This document shows, in pieces, positions 46,892-57,097 of a stretch of 64,000 bases of DNA. The notes under the pieces were generated by a model that made no database searches, was not told the DNA's origin, and saw only the letters and a program-made list of their open reading frames with translations. A program made the translations under genes and the position numbers. The stretch's first letter is position 1; each line of letters begins with the position of its first letter. This DNA comes from Candidatus Lachnoclostridium stercorigallinarum (GTDB taxonomy: Bacteria > Bacillota > Clostridia > Lachnospirales > Lachnospiraceae): positions 10,953 through 74,952 of the forward strand of contig DXBC01000121.1 in NCBI GenBank assembly GCA_019116745.1. The letters are read 5' to 3'.

Positions 46892-47674
46892 ATGACACAT
46901 ACATTTGCCGTCTGTGCCTACGGGGATTCCCCTTATCTGGAAAACTGCCTCCGCTCTCTGGTGAGGCAGCCGGGGAATCCGGAGATTATCTGCTGTACCT
47001 CCACCCCCAGTCACTACATCGAGGAGACGGTGTGGAAGTACGGGATTCCCCTGCATGTGCGGGACGGAGAGAGCAATATCCAGGACGACTGGAACTTCGC
47101 CTATGAGACGGCGAAGGGAGATCTGGTCACCCTGGCCCATCAGGATGATATGTACCACAGGGACTACGGAGCGGTTCTCAGGAAGAGGGCCGGCGAGTAC
47201 CCGGATATGACTGTATTTTTCACCGATTACGCCACGGTAAAGGGAACCCGCCTTATGGAAGGAAAGGGCCTGGTGGAGTGGGTGAAGACCATTCTCCGTC
47301 TGCCCCTCATCAATCCGGACTGGAACGACAGGGAGTGGCTGAAAAAGGCGGCCCTGATCTTTGGAAATCCTGTGTGCTGCCCTTCCTGCACCTACAATAA
47401 AAAGCTGCTGGGAACTCCTCTGTTTCAGTCGGAATTTCAGTATGTGCTGGACTGGGACACGCTGTGGAGACTGGCGGGAGAGCGGGGGCGCTTCGTCTGC
47501 GAGGAGCGGCCTCTGATGTACTACCGGGTTCACGACGGGGCCACCACAAAGCAGTGGATCGGCGATCGCCGGCGGACGGAGGAGGAGCTGGCCATGTTCC
47601 GGAAGTTCTGGCCGGAGCCGGCGGTGCAGCTTATTGAGACATTTTACAGGAGAGCGTACAGAGCCTATGACTGA
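46892..47674 (+). CDS. GT2 (GT-A) glycosyltransferase
   Basis: FAVCAY, DWNFA, LAHQDD.Y, CPS, LDW, YRVH. Confidence 0.85.
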   Translation: MTHTFAVCAYGDSPYLENCLRSLVRQPGNPEIICCTSTPSHYIEETVWKYGIPLHVRDGESNIQDDWNFAYETAKGDLVTLAHQDDMYHRDYGAVLRKRAGEYPDMTVFFTDYATVKGTRLMEGKGLVEWVKTILRLPLINPDWNDREWLKKAALIFGNPVCCPSCTYNKKLLGTPLFQSEFQYVLDWDTLWRLAGERGRFVCEERPLMYYRVHDGATTKQWIGDRRRTEEELAMFRKFWPEPAVQLIETFYRRAYRAYD

Positions 47675-49037
47675 CAAGAGATGGAGATGGATGTACTGGG
47701 CCGTTCCCCTCATGGGACTGGCCTTCATCCTGTGGTATATTCTGGCCGCCACCTGCGACGCGGCCTATTCCGATTATATCAGGCAGATTTTATCCTATCT
47801 GCCGGATGTGTGGAATCCGGAGAAATTTTTCGTTCCGGACATTCTGACCCGCATCCCCATCAATTTCCCGGTACGGGCCTTCAACGTGTCCGTTCTGGGA
47901 TTTTCCGTCACCTTTGACCTGATTTTAGGCGGACTGGGACTGGGGCTGGCGGGAGCCGTGGTGGGCGTCTACTGCCGGAAGAGGCAGGTGGGGCCGGTGT
48001 GGTTTCTCCTGCTCATGTTCCTGTTTTTCAGCCTGAATAAATGGGAGATGCTGACAAACGGCACCGGCTGGGTTCATTTTCTGGCTTTTGCCTGCTTTTA
48101 TTACCACTATCTGGTGCTGGACCGGGTGGAGTTTGGAGAAGAAAAACGGGGCGACGAGCTGCGCCTTCGGGTCCTTCCCTTTGTGACCACCCTCTGTATC
48201 GCCGGCCCCTACTGCGCCGTGTATTCCGGCGTTCTGCTTCTGGCCTATGTCTTTCTGGCAGCGGTGAAATATAAAAAAACGGGGCGGTGGGACGGCAGAT
48301 ACGGCTGGCGCGCCCTCTGTGTCCTCATTCCCCTTCTGCTCTATATGGCGAGCAATTCCATGGCGGTGTACGAGCACACCGGGGCCTACACCGGCCCCAT
48401 GCTTCCCGTGCTTCTGGAGCAGCCGGAGCTGTTTGTGAAGTTCTTTATCAAGTCCTTCGGCGGAATGGTGATGGAGAAAGAGACCCTTGAGTTCGGGGTG
48501 AACATGGGATATTTTCCCTATGCTGTGGTGTATCTCATGGGCGGGGCGGTGATGGCCGCCTATCTCATTGCCCTGTGGCTGAATCTGAAGTACCGGCTCT
48601 ATGAGCGGACCATTTTTCCCCTGATCCTCATTGTGTCGGGGGGAATGAACCACGTGCTGATCCTGCTGTCCCGGTGGATTTTCCTGCGGGACGATTACGG
48701 AATGAGCGCCAGGTATGCTCTGCAGTTTCAGGTGGGAATCCTGGGAATCATTCTCACCTGTGCTCTGCTGTGGAAGGAGATCCGCAGTACGGTTCTGAAG
48801 GTGCTGGTGATCTGCTGGTGCGCCATGATGACGGCGGGAAACGGATTTACGGATTACAGGGAACTGAAGACGGCCCCCGGCAGAGAGGCCTGGGGGGAGA
48901 CGGTGACGGAGATGGCGGGCCATCTGGACGATTACACCGACGAGGAGCTGGTGCATCAGTTCCAGTACGGCAGCGCCGACAAGATCCGTCAGGCCATGAA
49001 GATTCTGGAAGACAATCATTTGAATATGTACCGATAG
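47667..49037 (+). CDS. Polytopic membrane protein, possible GT-C glycosyltransferase
   Basis: About 11-12 hydrophobic segments, Asp-bearing loop after TM1 (DAAYSDY), late SARY motif; polysaccharide-locus context. Confidence 0.6.
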   Translation: MTDKRWRWMYWAVPLMGLAFILWYILAATCDAAYSDYIRQILSYLPDVWNPEKFFVPDILTRIPINFPVRAFNVSVLGFSVTFDLILGGLGLGLAGAVVGVYCRKRQVGPVWFLLLMFLFFSLNKWEMLTNGTGWVHFLAFACFYYHYLVLDRVEFGEEKRGDELRLRVLPFVTTLCIAGPYCAVYSGVLLLAYVFLAAVKYKKTGRWDGRYGWRALCVLIPLLLYMASNSMAVYEHTGAYTGPMLPVLLEQPELFVKFFIKSFGGMVMEKETLEFGVNMGYFPYAVVYLMGGAVMAAYLIALWLNLKYRLYERTIFPLILIVSGGMNHVLILLSRWIFLRDDYGMSARYALQFQVGILGIILTCALLWKEIRSTVLKVLVICWCAMMTAGNGFTDYRELKTAPGREAWGETVTEMAGHLDDYTDEELVHQFQYGSADKIRQAMKILEDNHLNMYR

Positions 49038-49127
49038 ATCAGATGCCCGGCGGCAGAGAAGCCGGGCATGAAAATGGAAAACGCAGAAACGAAATGATGT
49101 TTTATACGGAGAGAGGAGAACAGACAG

Positions 49128-49904
49128 ATGAAGGTAGTGATACTGGCCGGCGGCTTTGGGACGCGGATCAGCGAGGAGAGCCATTTAAAGCCGAAGCCCA
49201 TGGTGGAGATCGGGGAAAAACCCATTCTGTGGCACATTATGAAGTACTATTCCGCTTACGGATTTCATGATTTTATCATTTGCTGCGGCTACAAGCAGCA
49301 CGTGATCAAGGAGTGGTTCGCGGACTATTATCTTCACAACAGCGATGTGACCTTTGATCTGGCAAACAACAAGATGGAGGTTCACAACAATTATTCGGAG
49401 CCATGGCGGGTGACCCTGGTGGATACGGGATTAAATACCATGACCGGCGGACGGATCAAGCGGATCGAACCCTACGTAAAGGGAGAGACCTTTATGATGA
49501 CCTACGGGGACGGGGTGTGCAATGTGGATCTGGACGCCCTGGTGAAATTCCATGAAAGCCATGGAAAGACGGCTACCATCACCACGGTGAACATCGGTCA
49601 GGTGAAAGGCGTGCTGGACATTGATCAGGACAACAACATCACCTCTTTCCGGGAGAAAGACGACAGCGACGGAAGCCTGATTAACGGAGGCTTTATGGTG
49701 CTGAATCCGGAGATTTTCCAGTATCTGGACGGAGATGAGACGGTGTTTGAAAGGGAACCCATGCAGAGACTGGCGGCGGAAGGCCAGCTGAAATCCTTCT
49801 ACCACGATGGCTTCTGGCAGTGCATGGACACTCAGCGGGAGATGAAGAAGCTGGAGGAGCTGTGGCAAAGCGGAAAGGCTCCGTGGAAGATCTGGGACAA
49901 ATAG
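49128..49904 (+). CDS. rfbF: Glucose-1-phosphate cytidylyltransferase
   Basis: ILAGGFGTRISEES..KPKPMVEIG, TMTGGR, YGDGV, FWQCMDT, APW. Confidence 0.96.
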   Translation: MKVVILAGGFGTRISEESHLKPKPMVEIGEKPILWHIMKYYSAYGFHDFIICCGYKQHVIKEWFADYYLHNSDVTFDLANNKMEVHNNYSEPWRVTLVDTGLNTMTGGRIKRIEPYVKGETFMMTYGDGVCNVDLDALVKFHESHGKTATITTVNIGQVKGVLDIDQDNNITSFREKDDSDGSLINGGFMVLNPEIFQYLDGDETVFEREPMQRLAAEGQLKSFYHDGFWQCMDTQREMKKLEELWQSGKAPWKIWDK

Positions 49905-49916
49905 GAGGAGAAAACG

Positions 49917-50972
49917 GTGGATTTTAAGGAACTGGAAGCGTTTTACAGAGGAAAGCGGGTGCTGGTGACCGGGCACACAGGATTTAAGGGGACATGGCTG
50001 TGCCGGATTCTGACTCTGGCGGGGGCCCAGGTGACGGGATATGCCCTGGATCCGCCCACCAGCCCCAGCATTTTTGACCAGACGGGCCTGGGAGAGACCA
50101 TCCATTCGGTGATTGGGGACATCCGGGATCTGGAGAAGCTGCGGGAAACCTTTGATCAGGCCCGGCCGGAGGTGGTGTTTCACCTGGCGGCTCAGCCCAT
50201 TGTGCGGGATTCTTACAAGGATCCGGTGTACACCTACGAGACCAATGTGATGGGCACGGTGAATGTGCTGGAGTGCGTCCGCCTCACCGGCTCTGTGAAA
50301 TCTTTTCTCAACGTGACCACGGACAAGGTGTATGACAACCGGGAGTGGGAGTACGGCTACCGGGAGACTGATCCCCTGGACGGCTACGACCCCTACTCCA
50401 ACAGCAAATCCTGTTCCGAGCTGGTGACCCACAGCTACAAAAAGTCCTTCTTCCAGGGAGGACGCTGCGCCGTGTCCACCTGCCGGGCCGGCAATGTGAT
50501 TGGCGGCGGAGACTACGCCAACGACCGGATTATTCCGGACTGTGTCCGGGCGGCTGAGGCGGGGAAGGATATTATCGTGAGAAACCCCTACTCCACCAGA
50601 CCCTACCAGCACGTGCTGGAGCCTCTGGCAGTATACCTTGAGATCACGGCAAAGCAGTATGAGGAGCGGAAATACGAAGGATATTATAACGTGGGGCCGG
50701 ACGACTGCGACTGCGTGACTACGGGAGAACTGGCAGATCTGTTCTGCGCCTCCTGGGGCGGAGTCAGATGGATCAACGTCCACGACGGAGGTCCTCACGA
50801 GGCCAGCTTCCTGAAGCTGGACTGCTCGCGGATCAAGTCCGTATTTGGCTGGCGTCCCAGACTTCACGTATCCCAGGCGGTGGACATGACTGTGGAGTGG
50901 ACGAAGGCCGCGGCGGCCGGCGAACACCCCATGTCCGTCACCGACAGACAGATTCGGGAGTTTTTCCGGTAG
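49917..50972 (+). CDS. rfbG: CDP-glucose 4,6-dehydratase
   Basis: VLVTGHTGFKG.WL, HLAAQP, TTDKVY, DPYSNSK, RAGNVIGGGD, HVLEPL. Confidence 0.95.
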   Translation: MDFKELEAFYRGKRVLVTGHTGFKGTWLCRILTLAGAQVTGYALDPPTSPSIFDQTGLGETIHSVIGDIRDLEKLRETFDQARPEVVFHLAAQPIVRDSYKDPVYTYETNVMGTVNVLECVRLTGSVKSFLNVTTDKVYDNREWEYGYRETDPLDGYDPYSNSKSCSELVTHSYKKSFFQGGRCAVSTCRAGNVIGGGDYANDRIIPDCVRAAEAGKDIIVRNPYSTRPYQHVLEPLAVYLEITAKQYEERKYEGYYNVGPDDCDCVTTGELADLFCASWGGVRWINVHDGGPHEASFLKLDCSRIKSVFGWRPRLHVSQAVDMTVEWTKAAAAGEHPMSVTDRQIREFFR

Positions 50973-51058
50973 ATCCGGGAGCTTTTTCGGATAAATGAGC
51001 ATGGAGGCCGGGAGCGCGGCATCCCATGGGAAAGATAGGAAAGGAGCAGCAGACAAGC

Positions 51059-52399
51059 ATGTTTGAGCATATGACAGAGCAGGAGGCCAGAAACCAGATC
51101 CTGGAGATGACGGCGGCCTACTGCAGGGAATACCACAATAAGAAAAAAACTTTTGAACCCGGAGACAGGATCTCCTACGCCTCCCGGGTGTATGATGAAA
51201 AGGAAATGGTAAACCTGGTGGACAGCGCCCTGGAATTCTGGCTGACAGCCGGACGCTACACCGATGAGTTTGAGCGGAAGCTGGGAGAATACCTGGGTGT
51301 GCGGTACTGCTCTCTGGTAAACTCCGGTTCCTCTGCCAACCTTCTCGCCTTTATGGCCCTCACCTCCCCTCTTCTGGGAGACCGGAGAGTGTTTAAGGGA
51401 GACGAAGTGATTACCGTGGCAGCGGGATTTCCTACCACAGTGACTCCCATGCTTCAGTACGGTGCGGTGCCGGTGTTTGTGGACGTGACCATCCCCCAGT
51501 ACAACATTGACGTGACCAGGCTGGAGGCGGCCCGGTCGGAAAAGACCAAAGCGGTGATGGTGGCCCACACCCTGGGAAACCCCTTTGATCTGAAAGCAGT
51601 GAAGGAATTCTGCGACAGATACGGTCTCTGGCTGGTGGAGGACAACTGCGACGCCCTGGGAAGCCGGTATGAGATGAACGGGGAGATGAAATTTACGGGA
51701 ACGGTGGGAGACATCGGCACGTCCAGCTTCTATCCGCCCCATCACATGACTATGGGAGAGGGGGGAGCGGTTTACACCGACAATCCTCTGCTGAATAAGA
51801 TTATCCGCTCTATGAGAGACTGGGGACGGGACTGCGTCTGTCCGTCCGGCAGGGACAACCTGTGCGGCCACCGCTTTGACCGGCAGTACGGGGAGCTTCC
51901 TCTGGGCTATGACCACAAATATGTGTACTCCCATTTTGGCTACAACCTGAAGGCGACGGATATGCAGGCGGCTATCGGCTGCGCCCAGCTGGATAAGTTT
52001 CCCGGTTTTGTGGAGAGAAGAAAGCACAATTTTGCCAGGCTGAGAGAAGGTCTGGCGGGGACGGAGGAGAAACTGATTCTTCCTGAGGCCTGCCCCGGAT
52101 CTGATCCCAGCTGGTTTGGCTTTCTCATCACCTGCAGGGACGGCGTGGACCGGAATCAAGTGGTTCAGCATATGGAGAGCAGAGGAGTTCAGACCAGAAT
52201 GCTCTTTGCCGGAAACCTGATCAAGCATCCCTGTTTTGACGAGATGCGGGCGTCCGGGACAGGATACCGTGTTGTGGGAGACCTGGCAAATACGGACCGG
52301 ATCATGAGCGATACCTTCTGGGTAGGTGTTTATCCGGGCATGACCGACGAGATGATCGACTATATGGCAGCAGTCATCCGGGAAGCCATCGGAGAGTGA
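51059..52399 (+). CDS. rfbH: CDP-4-keto-6-deoxyglucose 3-dehydrase (E1, DdhC/RfbH)
   Basis: NSGSSANL, EDNCDALG, SFYPPHHMTMGEGG (His instead of PLP Lys), WGRDCVC...C, YDHKY. Confidence 0.93.
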   Translation: MFEHMTEQEARNQILEMTAAYCREYHNKKKTFEPGDRISYASRVYDEKEMVNLVDSALEFWLTAGRYTDEFERKLGEYLGVRYCSLVNSGSSANLLAFMALTSPLLGDRRVFKGDEVITVAAGFPTTVTPMLQYGAVPVFVDVTIPQYNIDVTRLEAARSEKTKAVMVAHTLGNPFDLKAVKEFCDRYGLWLVEDNCDALGSRYEMNGEMKFTGTVGDIGTSSFYPPHHMTMGEGGAVYTDNPLLNKIIRSMRDWGRDCVCPSGRDNLCGHRFDRQYGELPLGYDHKYVYSHFGYNLKATDMQAAIGCAQLDKFPGFVERRKHNFARLREGLAGTEEKLILPEACPGSDPSWFGFLITCRDGVDRNQVVQHMESRGVQTRMLFAGNLIKHPCFDEMRASGTGYRVVGDLANTDRIMSDTFWVGVYPGMTDEMIDYMAAVIREAIGE

Positions 52400-52434
52400 C
52401 GGCTTCCGGAAAGAAGGATAACAGGAGGAGAGAC

Positions 52435-53274
52435 ATGGAAGGATACGGACTGGAAAAGGTTCATGAAGCTAATCTGAAGATCCTGGACGAGGTAGACCGG
52501 ATCTGCAGAAAATACCGGATCCGCTATATGCTGGATGCGGGTACTCTGCTGGGAGCCGTGCGCCATAAGGGGTTTATTCCCTGGGACGACGACGTGGACA
52601 TTATTTTTACCAGAAGCCAGTACGAGGCCTTCATGAAGGTGGCGGCCAGGGAGCTTCCGGACACCATGGAGGTGATGGACTATCGGACCCTTCACGGGGG
52701 AAAGGGATTTTATGACTTTACCTCCCGCATCCTCTATCTTCCCAGCAAAAAGCACGAGGACGGGCCGGAGATGGAGTTTTACGGCGGGAAGCTGAATCAT
52801 CTGTGGGTGGACCTTTTTGTGCTGGACGAGCTGCCGGACAGCGGGTGGGCGGCAGCGGCGGTCCGCCTTTTCCAGACCCTGCTCTACGGCCTGGCCATGG
52901 GACACCGGTACCGCCTGGATTTTTCCAGATATAAAGGGAAGGAGCTGGCGGCGGTGAAGTTTTTGTCCATGGTGGGAAAATGTCTCCCCATGAAATGGAT
53001 CTTTGCCCTTCAGCGGCGTTTTTCCCTGCTGTTTGACAGCGGAAATCACGGAAAGCTTTACGCCAGCAACTACCAGCCGGATTTTCTCTATGTGACCTGG
53101 GAAAAAGCCTGGGCGGAGAAAACTTCCCAGGTGGAATTTGAGGGGCGCTCCCTTATGGCCCCGGCGGATCCGGACGGAGTGCTGAGGATGCTGTATGGAG
53201 ATTACATGAAGCTGCCGCCGGAGGAGCAGAGAGTTCCCTCTCACTCCAGCATGAAAATTCAGATCTATGGATGA
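52435..53274 (+). CDS. licD: LicD-family phosphotransferase (second copy)
   Basis: GTLLGAVRHKGFIPWDDDVD, VDLFVLD, YGDYMKLPP...R; ATG behind aggagg. Confidence 0.9.
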   Translation: MEGYGLEKVHEANLKILDEVDRICRKYRIRYMLDAGTLLGAVRHKGFIPWDDDVDIIFTRSQYEAFMKVAARELPDTMEVMDYRTLHGGKGFYDFTSRILYLPSKKHEDGPEMEFYGGKLNHLWVDLFVLDELPDSGWAAAAVRLFQTLLYGLAMGHRYRLDFSRYKGKELAAVKFLSMVGKCLPMKWIFALQRRFSLLFDSGNHGKLYASNYQPDFLYVTWEKAWAEKTSQVEFEGRSLMAPADPDGVLRMLYGDYMKLPPEEQRVPSHSSMKIQIYG

Positions 53275-53324
53275 TTCAGAGGGCCGGAGTGACTCCGGTG
53301 ATGACAACAGGGAATGGTGACGGT

Positions 53325-54269
53325 ATGAAAACAGTGACAGTAGTGGTGTCTGTCTACAATGAAGAGCAGGCGCTTCCGAAATTTTTTGAAGCGGTAAAAA
53401 CCGTACTGGACCAGGTAGCCTGGGATTATGAGCTGCTGTTTGTCAACGACGGGAGCACAGACGGAAGTCTGGAGATTCTGGAGCGGATGGCGGCGTCTGA
53501 CGGTCGGGTGAAGCTGGTGTCATTTTCCAGAAATTTTGGCCATGAGGCGGCCATGATCGCCGGGCTGGACTACAGCAGCGGCGATCTGGTGATTTGCATG
53601 GACGCGGATCTGCAGCACCCGCCGGAGTGCATTCCTCAGATTCTGGCGGCGGCGGAGGACGGCTGCGATGTGATTACTATGGTCCGCACCAGAAACCGTT
53701 CGGCGGGGCTTATAAAGGAAGCGGCGTCTGCCGCGTTTTACCGGGTTATCAACGCCCTGTCGGATGTGCAGTTTGAGGCCAATGCCTCCGATTTTTTCGC
53801 GGTGAGCCGGCGGGCGGCGGAGGTGCTCAAGGGCAGCTACCGGGAAAAAGTCCGTTTTCTCAGAGGCTATGTACAGAATCTGGGCTTTAAAAAGGCAAAG
53901 CTGGAGTATGAGGCGGGAGTCCGGGTGGCCGGGGAGAGCAAGTACAGTATAAGAAAACTGTTTTCCTTTGCTGTCAACACTATTCTCTGCTTTTCCAATC
54001 TGCCTCTGAGGCTGGGAATCTACGCAGGCGTTTTTACCGGCAGCCTGGGCTTTCTGGTGATGATTTATACCATTTATACCTGGGTACGGGTGGGAACGCC
54101 GGATGGATATGCCACTATTGTGGTGCTGATCTGCTTTATGTTTGCGGTGCTGTTTCTCATGGTGGGAATCATCGGAGAGTACATTGCCATCCTGTTTGCG
54201 GAGCTGAAGGACAGGCCCATCTATATTGTGGAGAAAACGGAAAACATTAGCCAGAACCGGGCCACCTGA
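53325..54269 (+). CDS. GtrB/YkcC-like bactoprenol glycosyltransferase (GT2 + 2 TM)
   Basis: VNDGSTDGS, SRNFGHEAA..AG, DADLQHPP, AGESKY, GIIGEYI......K.RP.YIV. Confidence 0.9.
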   Translation: MKTVTVVVSVYNEEQALPKFFEAVKTVLDQVAWDYELLFVNDGSTDGSLEILERMAASDGRVKLVSFSRNFGHEAAMIAGLDYSSGDLVICMDADLQHPPECIPQILAAAEDGCDVITMVRTRNRSAGLIKEAASAAFYRVINALSDVQFEANASDFFAVSRRAAEVLKGSYREKVRFLRGYVQNLGFKKAKLEYEAGVRVAGESKYSIRKLFSFAVNTILCFSNLPLRLGIYAGVFTGSLGFLVMIYTIYTWVRVGTPDGYATIVVLICFMFAVLFLMVGIIGEYIAILFAELKDRPIYIVEKTENISQNRAT

Positions 54270-54357
54270 ATCGGGAGACATCCGACAAAATAAGCAACAA
54301 ATCGACCTTATTTCCCGTCTTTTTTTACTAAACTATTGGTAAAAGGAGTTGAGGAAA

Positions 54358-54597
54358 ATGAGAGTCTGTGAAGCGACCAGAGAACGAATCCGGGAACTTT
54401 GTGCAGAGAGGAAAATGACGGAATATATGCTGATCTACAACGCGGGGATGCCGCCGTCTACAGTGAAGAGCATCATCAGCGGGAGAAGCAAAAATCCGGG
54501 AATTTTAAATATAAAGAGGATCACAGAGGGATTGGGCGTTTCACTGAGAGAATTTTATGATTCTGATATGTTCGAGGATCTGGAGCAGGAAGACTAG
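54358..54597 (+). CDS. Small XRE-family HTH regulator
   Basis: RIRELC.ER.MT.Y.L...AG.P.ST...I..G.SKNP....I..I..GLGVSL.EF. Confidence 0.85.
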   Translation: MRVCEATRERIRELCAERKMTEYMLIYNAGMPPSTVKSIISGRSKNPGILNIKRITEGLGVSLREFYDSDMFEDLEQED

Positions 54598-54635
54598 GCG
54601 CAAACTGTCCGGAAGTCCCGGAAAAGTGCCTGAAA

Positions 54636-54700
54636 AAACATCCCTGTTGGAAGGGGAAGAGCCGTGGAAGGCTCTCTTTCCAACAGGGATGTTTGTTTTG
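54636..54700. terminator. Bidirectional terminator between the XRE gene and BCCT
   Basis: aaacatccctgttggaa / ttccaacagggatgttt 17 bp perfect arms flanked by A/T tracts. Confidence 0.85.
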
Positions 54701-54712
54701 AAGGAAGGAAAA

Positions 54713-56293
54713 TCAGAGGTTTCCGCCCCGACGGGCGCCTGCTTCCGGAGAGGAGGTTTCTCCCGGAGGACAGCTTCCCGTTCCAGGGAAGGAGGTTTCC
54801 CTCAGATACGCGGACGCGTCCTTAAAGAAACTGGCGATGATCAGGACGATGACAAACCCGATGGGGAAGGCCGCGATGATGGAGACGGTCTGCAGGTTTG
54901 ACATGGAGTTTTCTGAAAAAATCAGGGCAATGGGAAGAAGCATCAGGGACAGAGACCAGAAGAGCTTCAGTCTCCGGTCCGGGTCTTCGTCCGCTTCCAG
55001 ATTCTTATAGGAGTAGGCGGAGGCCACCACCGCCATGGCGTCAAAAGATGTAGCGTAAAAGGTGATCATGGTCAGGGCCAGAAGAATGAGCACCAGAGCT
55101 GGAAACGGAAGGGTCTCCAGGATGGCCAGAATAGCCTGGTACAGATCTCCGGCTGCCTGGTAGATGGCCAGCGCGTCCAGTTTGCCTTTCATCTGCAGGG
55201 CAAGGCCGTAATTTCCCAGCACAATGAAAGAAGTAAAAGTGCCGGCCAGGCCCCAGAAATATCCTCCCAGAATGGTCTGGCGAACCGTTCTTCCCTTGCT
55301 GATGGAGCCGATAAAGAACGGCGCAGCCACACACCATACCATCCAGTAAGCCCAGTAGAAGATGGTCCAGTTCTGAGGGAAGGAGGAGGTGCGCAGCGGA
55401 TCAGTCCAGGTGGCCATGGAGAGGAAGTTCTGAGCCAGATTTCCCAGGGCGGACAGACCGGTTTCCACCGTGTATTTTGCCTCGCCTCCTCCGATGAACA
55501 CATAGAGCAGCAGGGCGAAAAACAGGTAAATGCAGGAGGTGGCCAGACGGATGATGCCGTTCATGCCGAAATATACTGCGGCGGTGTAGGTGGCACATGT
55601 GATCACCAGGATGGCCACGGTGAGAAAGTTGCTCTGAGGAATGTGAAGAACCCGGCTGATGGCCAGGGACAGCAGAGGCGTCGCCAGGGCAAAGGTGGTG
55701 GCGGTGCCGGCCAGCAGAGCAAAGAGAGCCAGCAGGTCGATCAGCCTTCCGGGAAGTTTGTCTGTGTATTTTCCCAGGAGAGGTCTGCAGGCCTCAGAAT
55801 ATTTCTGTTTGTTCCGTCTGCGTACATGGAGCATGAAGCCAAAGGCCACTGCCAGAGTCATATAGAAGCTCCAGGGAATGGGGCCCCAGTGGAAAAGAGG
55901 AAATACAGACGCCCAGTCCTGTATTCCGCCCATTTCGGCGATGTGGGGCTCTGTGGCGTAGAGCATCCACTCGCAGAGAGAATAAAAGAGAATGTCGGCG
56001 GCCAGGCCGGCAGTAAACATCATGGAACCCCATTTGAAATTGGAATACTGAGGCTTATCCAGGTTTCCCAGGCGGATAGAGCCGAATCTGGAAAAAGCGA
56101 TGTAGAGAGAGCAGATAAATACTCCCAGACCGATCACCAGATAATAGGTCCCGAACGTGTCTCCCAGAAAAAAACGGATGGATTCCAGTACGCCGGAAGA
56201 GGTTTCCGGAAATGCCAGAAACAAAATGCACAGCAGGACCACGGAAAGAAAGGGGATCAGTGTGATGGGGTAGTCCAGACGTTTTGACAACAT
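54713..56293 (-). CDS. BCCT (betaine/carnitine/choline) transporter
   Basis: W.SMMFTAG, FHWG..PW..Y, WTIFYWAYWMVW, FI..IS.GRT.RQ, LQT.SI..AFP. Confidence 0.92.
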   Translation of the reverse strand: MLSKRLDYPITLIPFLSVVLLCILFLAFPETSSGVLESIRFFLGDTFGTYYLVIGLGVFICSLYIAFSRFGSIRLGNLDKPQYSNFKWGSMMFTAGLAADILFYSLCEWMLYATEPHIAEMGGIQDWASVFPLFHWGPIPWSFYMTLAVAFGFMLHVRRRNKQKYSEACRPLLGKYTDKLPGRLIDLLALFALLAGTATTFALATPLLSLAISRVLHIPQSNFLTVAILVITCATYTAAVYFGMNGIIRLATSCIYLFFALLLYVFIGGGEAKYTVETGLSALGNLAQNFLSMATWTDPLRTSSFPQNWTIFYWAYWMVWCVAAPFFIGSISKGRTVRQTILGGYFWGLAGTFTSFIVLGNYGLALQMKGKLDALAIYQAAGDLYQAILAILETLPFPALVLILLALTMITFYATSFDAMAVVASAYSYKNLEADEDPDRRLKLFWSLSLMLLPIALIFSENSMSNLQTVSIIAAFPIGFVIVLIIASFFKDASAYLRETSFPGTGSCPPGETSSPEAGARRGGNL

Positions 56294-56473
56294 AAATGCC
56301 TCCTATTTTGTTCAAAAAGTGTAAAAAATAAATTATATTGAACATATTACCATCGGGACATGGAAAAATCAAGGGGGAAATGTGAAGATTTTCTGACTTT
56401 TTTTGAAAACCCCTATAAAAAACCCGGGACATCCGATATAATATCGAAAGCAGAAAAAAGGAGGAACAGACAG

Positions 56474-57091
56474 ATGAAGAAGACACTCGTTGCCCTGGGA
56501 CTGGGATGTGCGGTCCTGCTCAGCGGCTGTACGGAGAGTAATATTGTAGATCCCCAGAACGGTTCGGCAGTTCCGGAGACAGGAATTGTGGAAGGAATTC
56601 AGATCGACTGGAATCAGGTTCAGGAAGAGCTGGACGAGGAATTTGTGGGTTCGGATGATTATCCTTACGGCAAGGAAATATATTTCTATGTGGAGGACGG
56701 CAACGCTTACATGATGATCACCGTGGAAGATGGAGTCTCAAAAGAGGAAGCCGCCAACTACGCCACAGAGATTATCAAGGCCCTCAATGACAGCGTGGCC
56801 ATGCAGGACTTCTCCTATCAGAACGACGGAACCAGCATGTACGGAAAGTTCTCTCAGGAGAATGTGGTGTGGATTTATGTGATGCCGGAGAGCACTGCAG
56901 ATGTGGAGAGCACCTGGCTGGTGGACGATGCCATTGTACCCGGACAGGAGCGGCCGGTAGAGCCTAATTATACGGACGCCGAGTGGGAGACTGCAGAGCA
57001 GAACGAGGACGGCACGTACAGGACCGTACAGACGGGCGGCGGAGAGACCGCTGCGGAATCTTCCGCTGAGACTTCCGCAGCCGAAGGGTAA
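56474..57091 (+). CDS. Acidic lipoprotein of unknown function
   Basis: MKKTLVALGLGCAVLLSGC lipobox; ATG behind aaggagg. Confidence 0.8.
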   Translation: MKKTLVALGLGCAVLLSGCTESNIVDPQNGSAVPETGIVEGIQIDWNQVQEELDEEFVGSDDYPYGKEIYFYVEDGNAYMMITVEDGVSKEEAANYATEIIKALNDSVAMQDFSYQNDGTSMYGKFSQENVVWIYVMPESTADVESTWLVDDAIVPGQERPVEPNYTDAEWETAEQNEDGTYRTVQTGGGETAAESSAETSAAEG

Positions 57092-57097
57092 GCGCCT

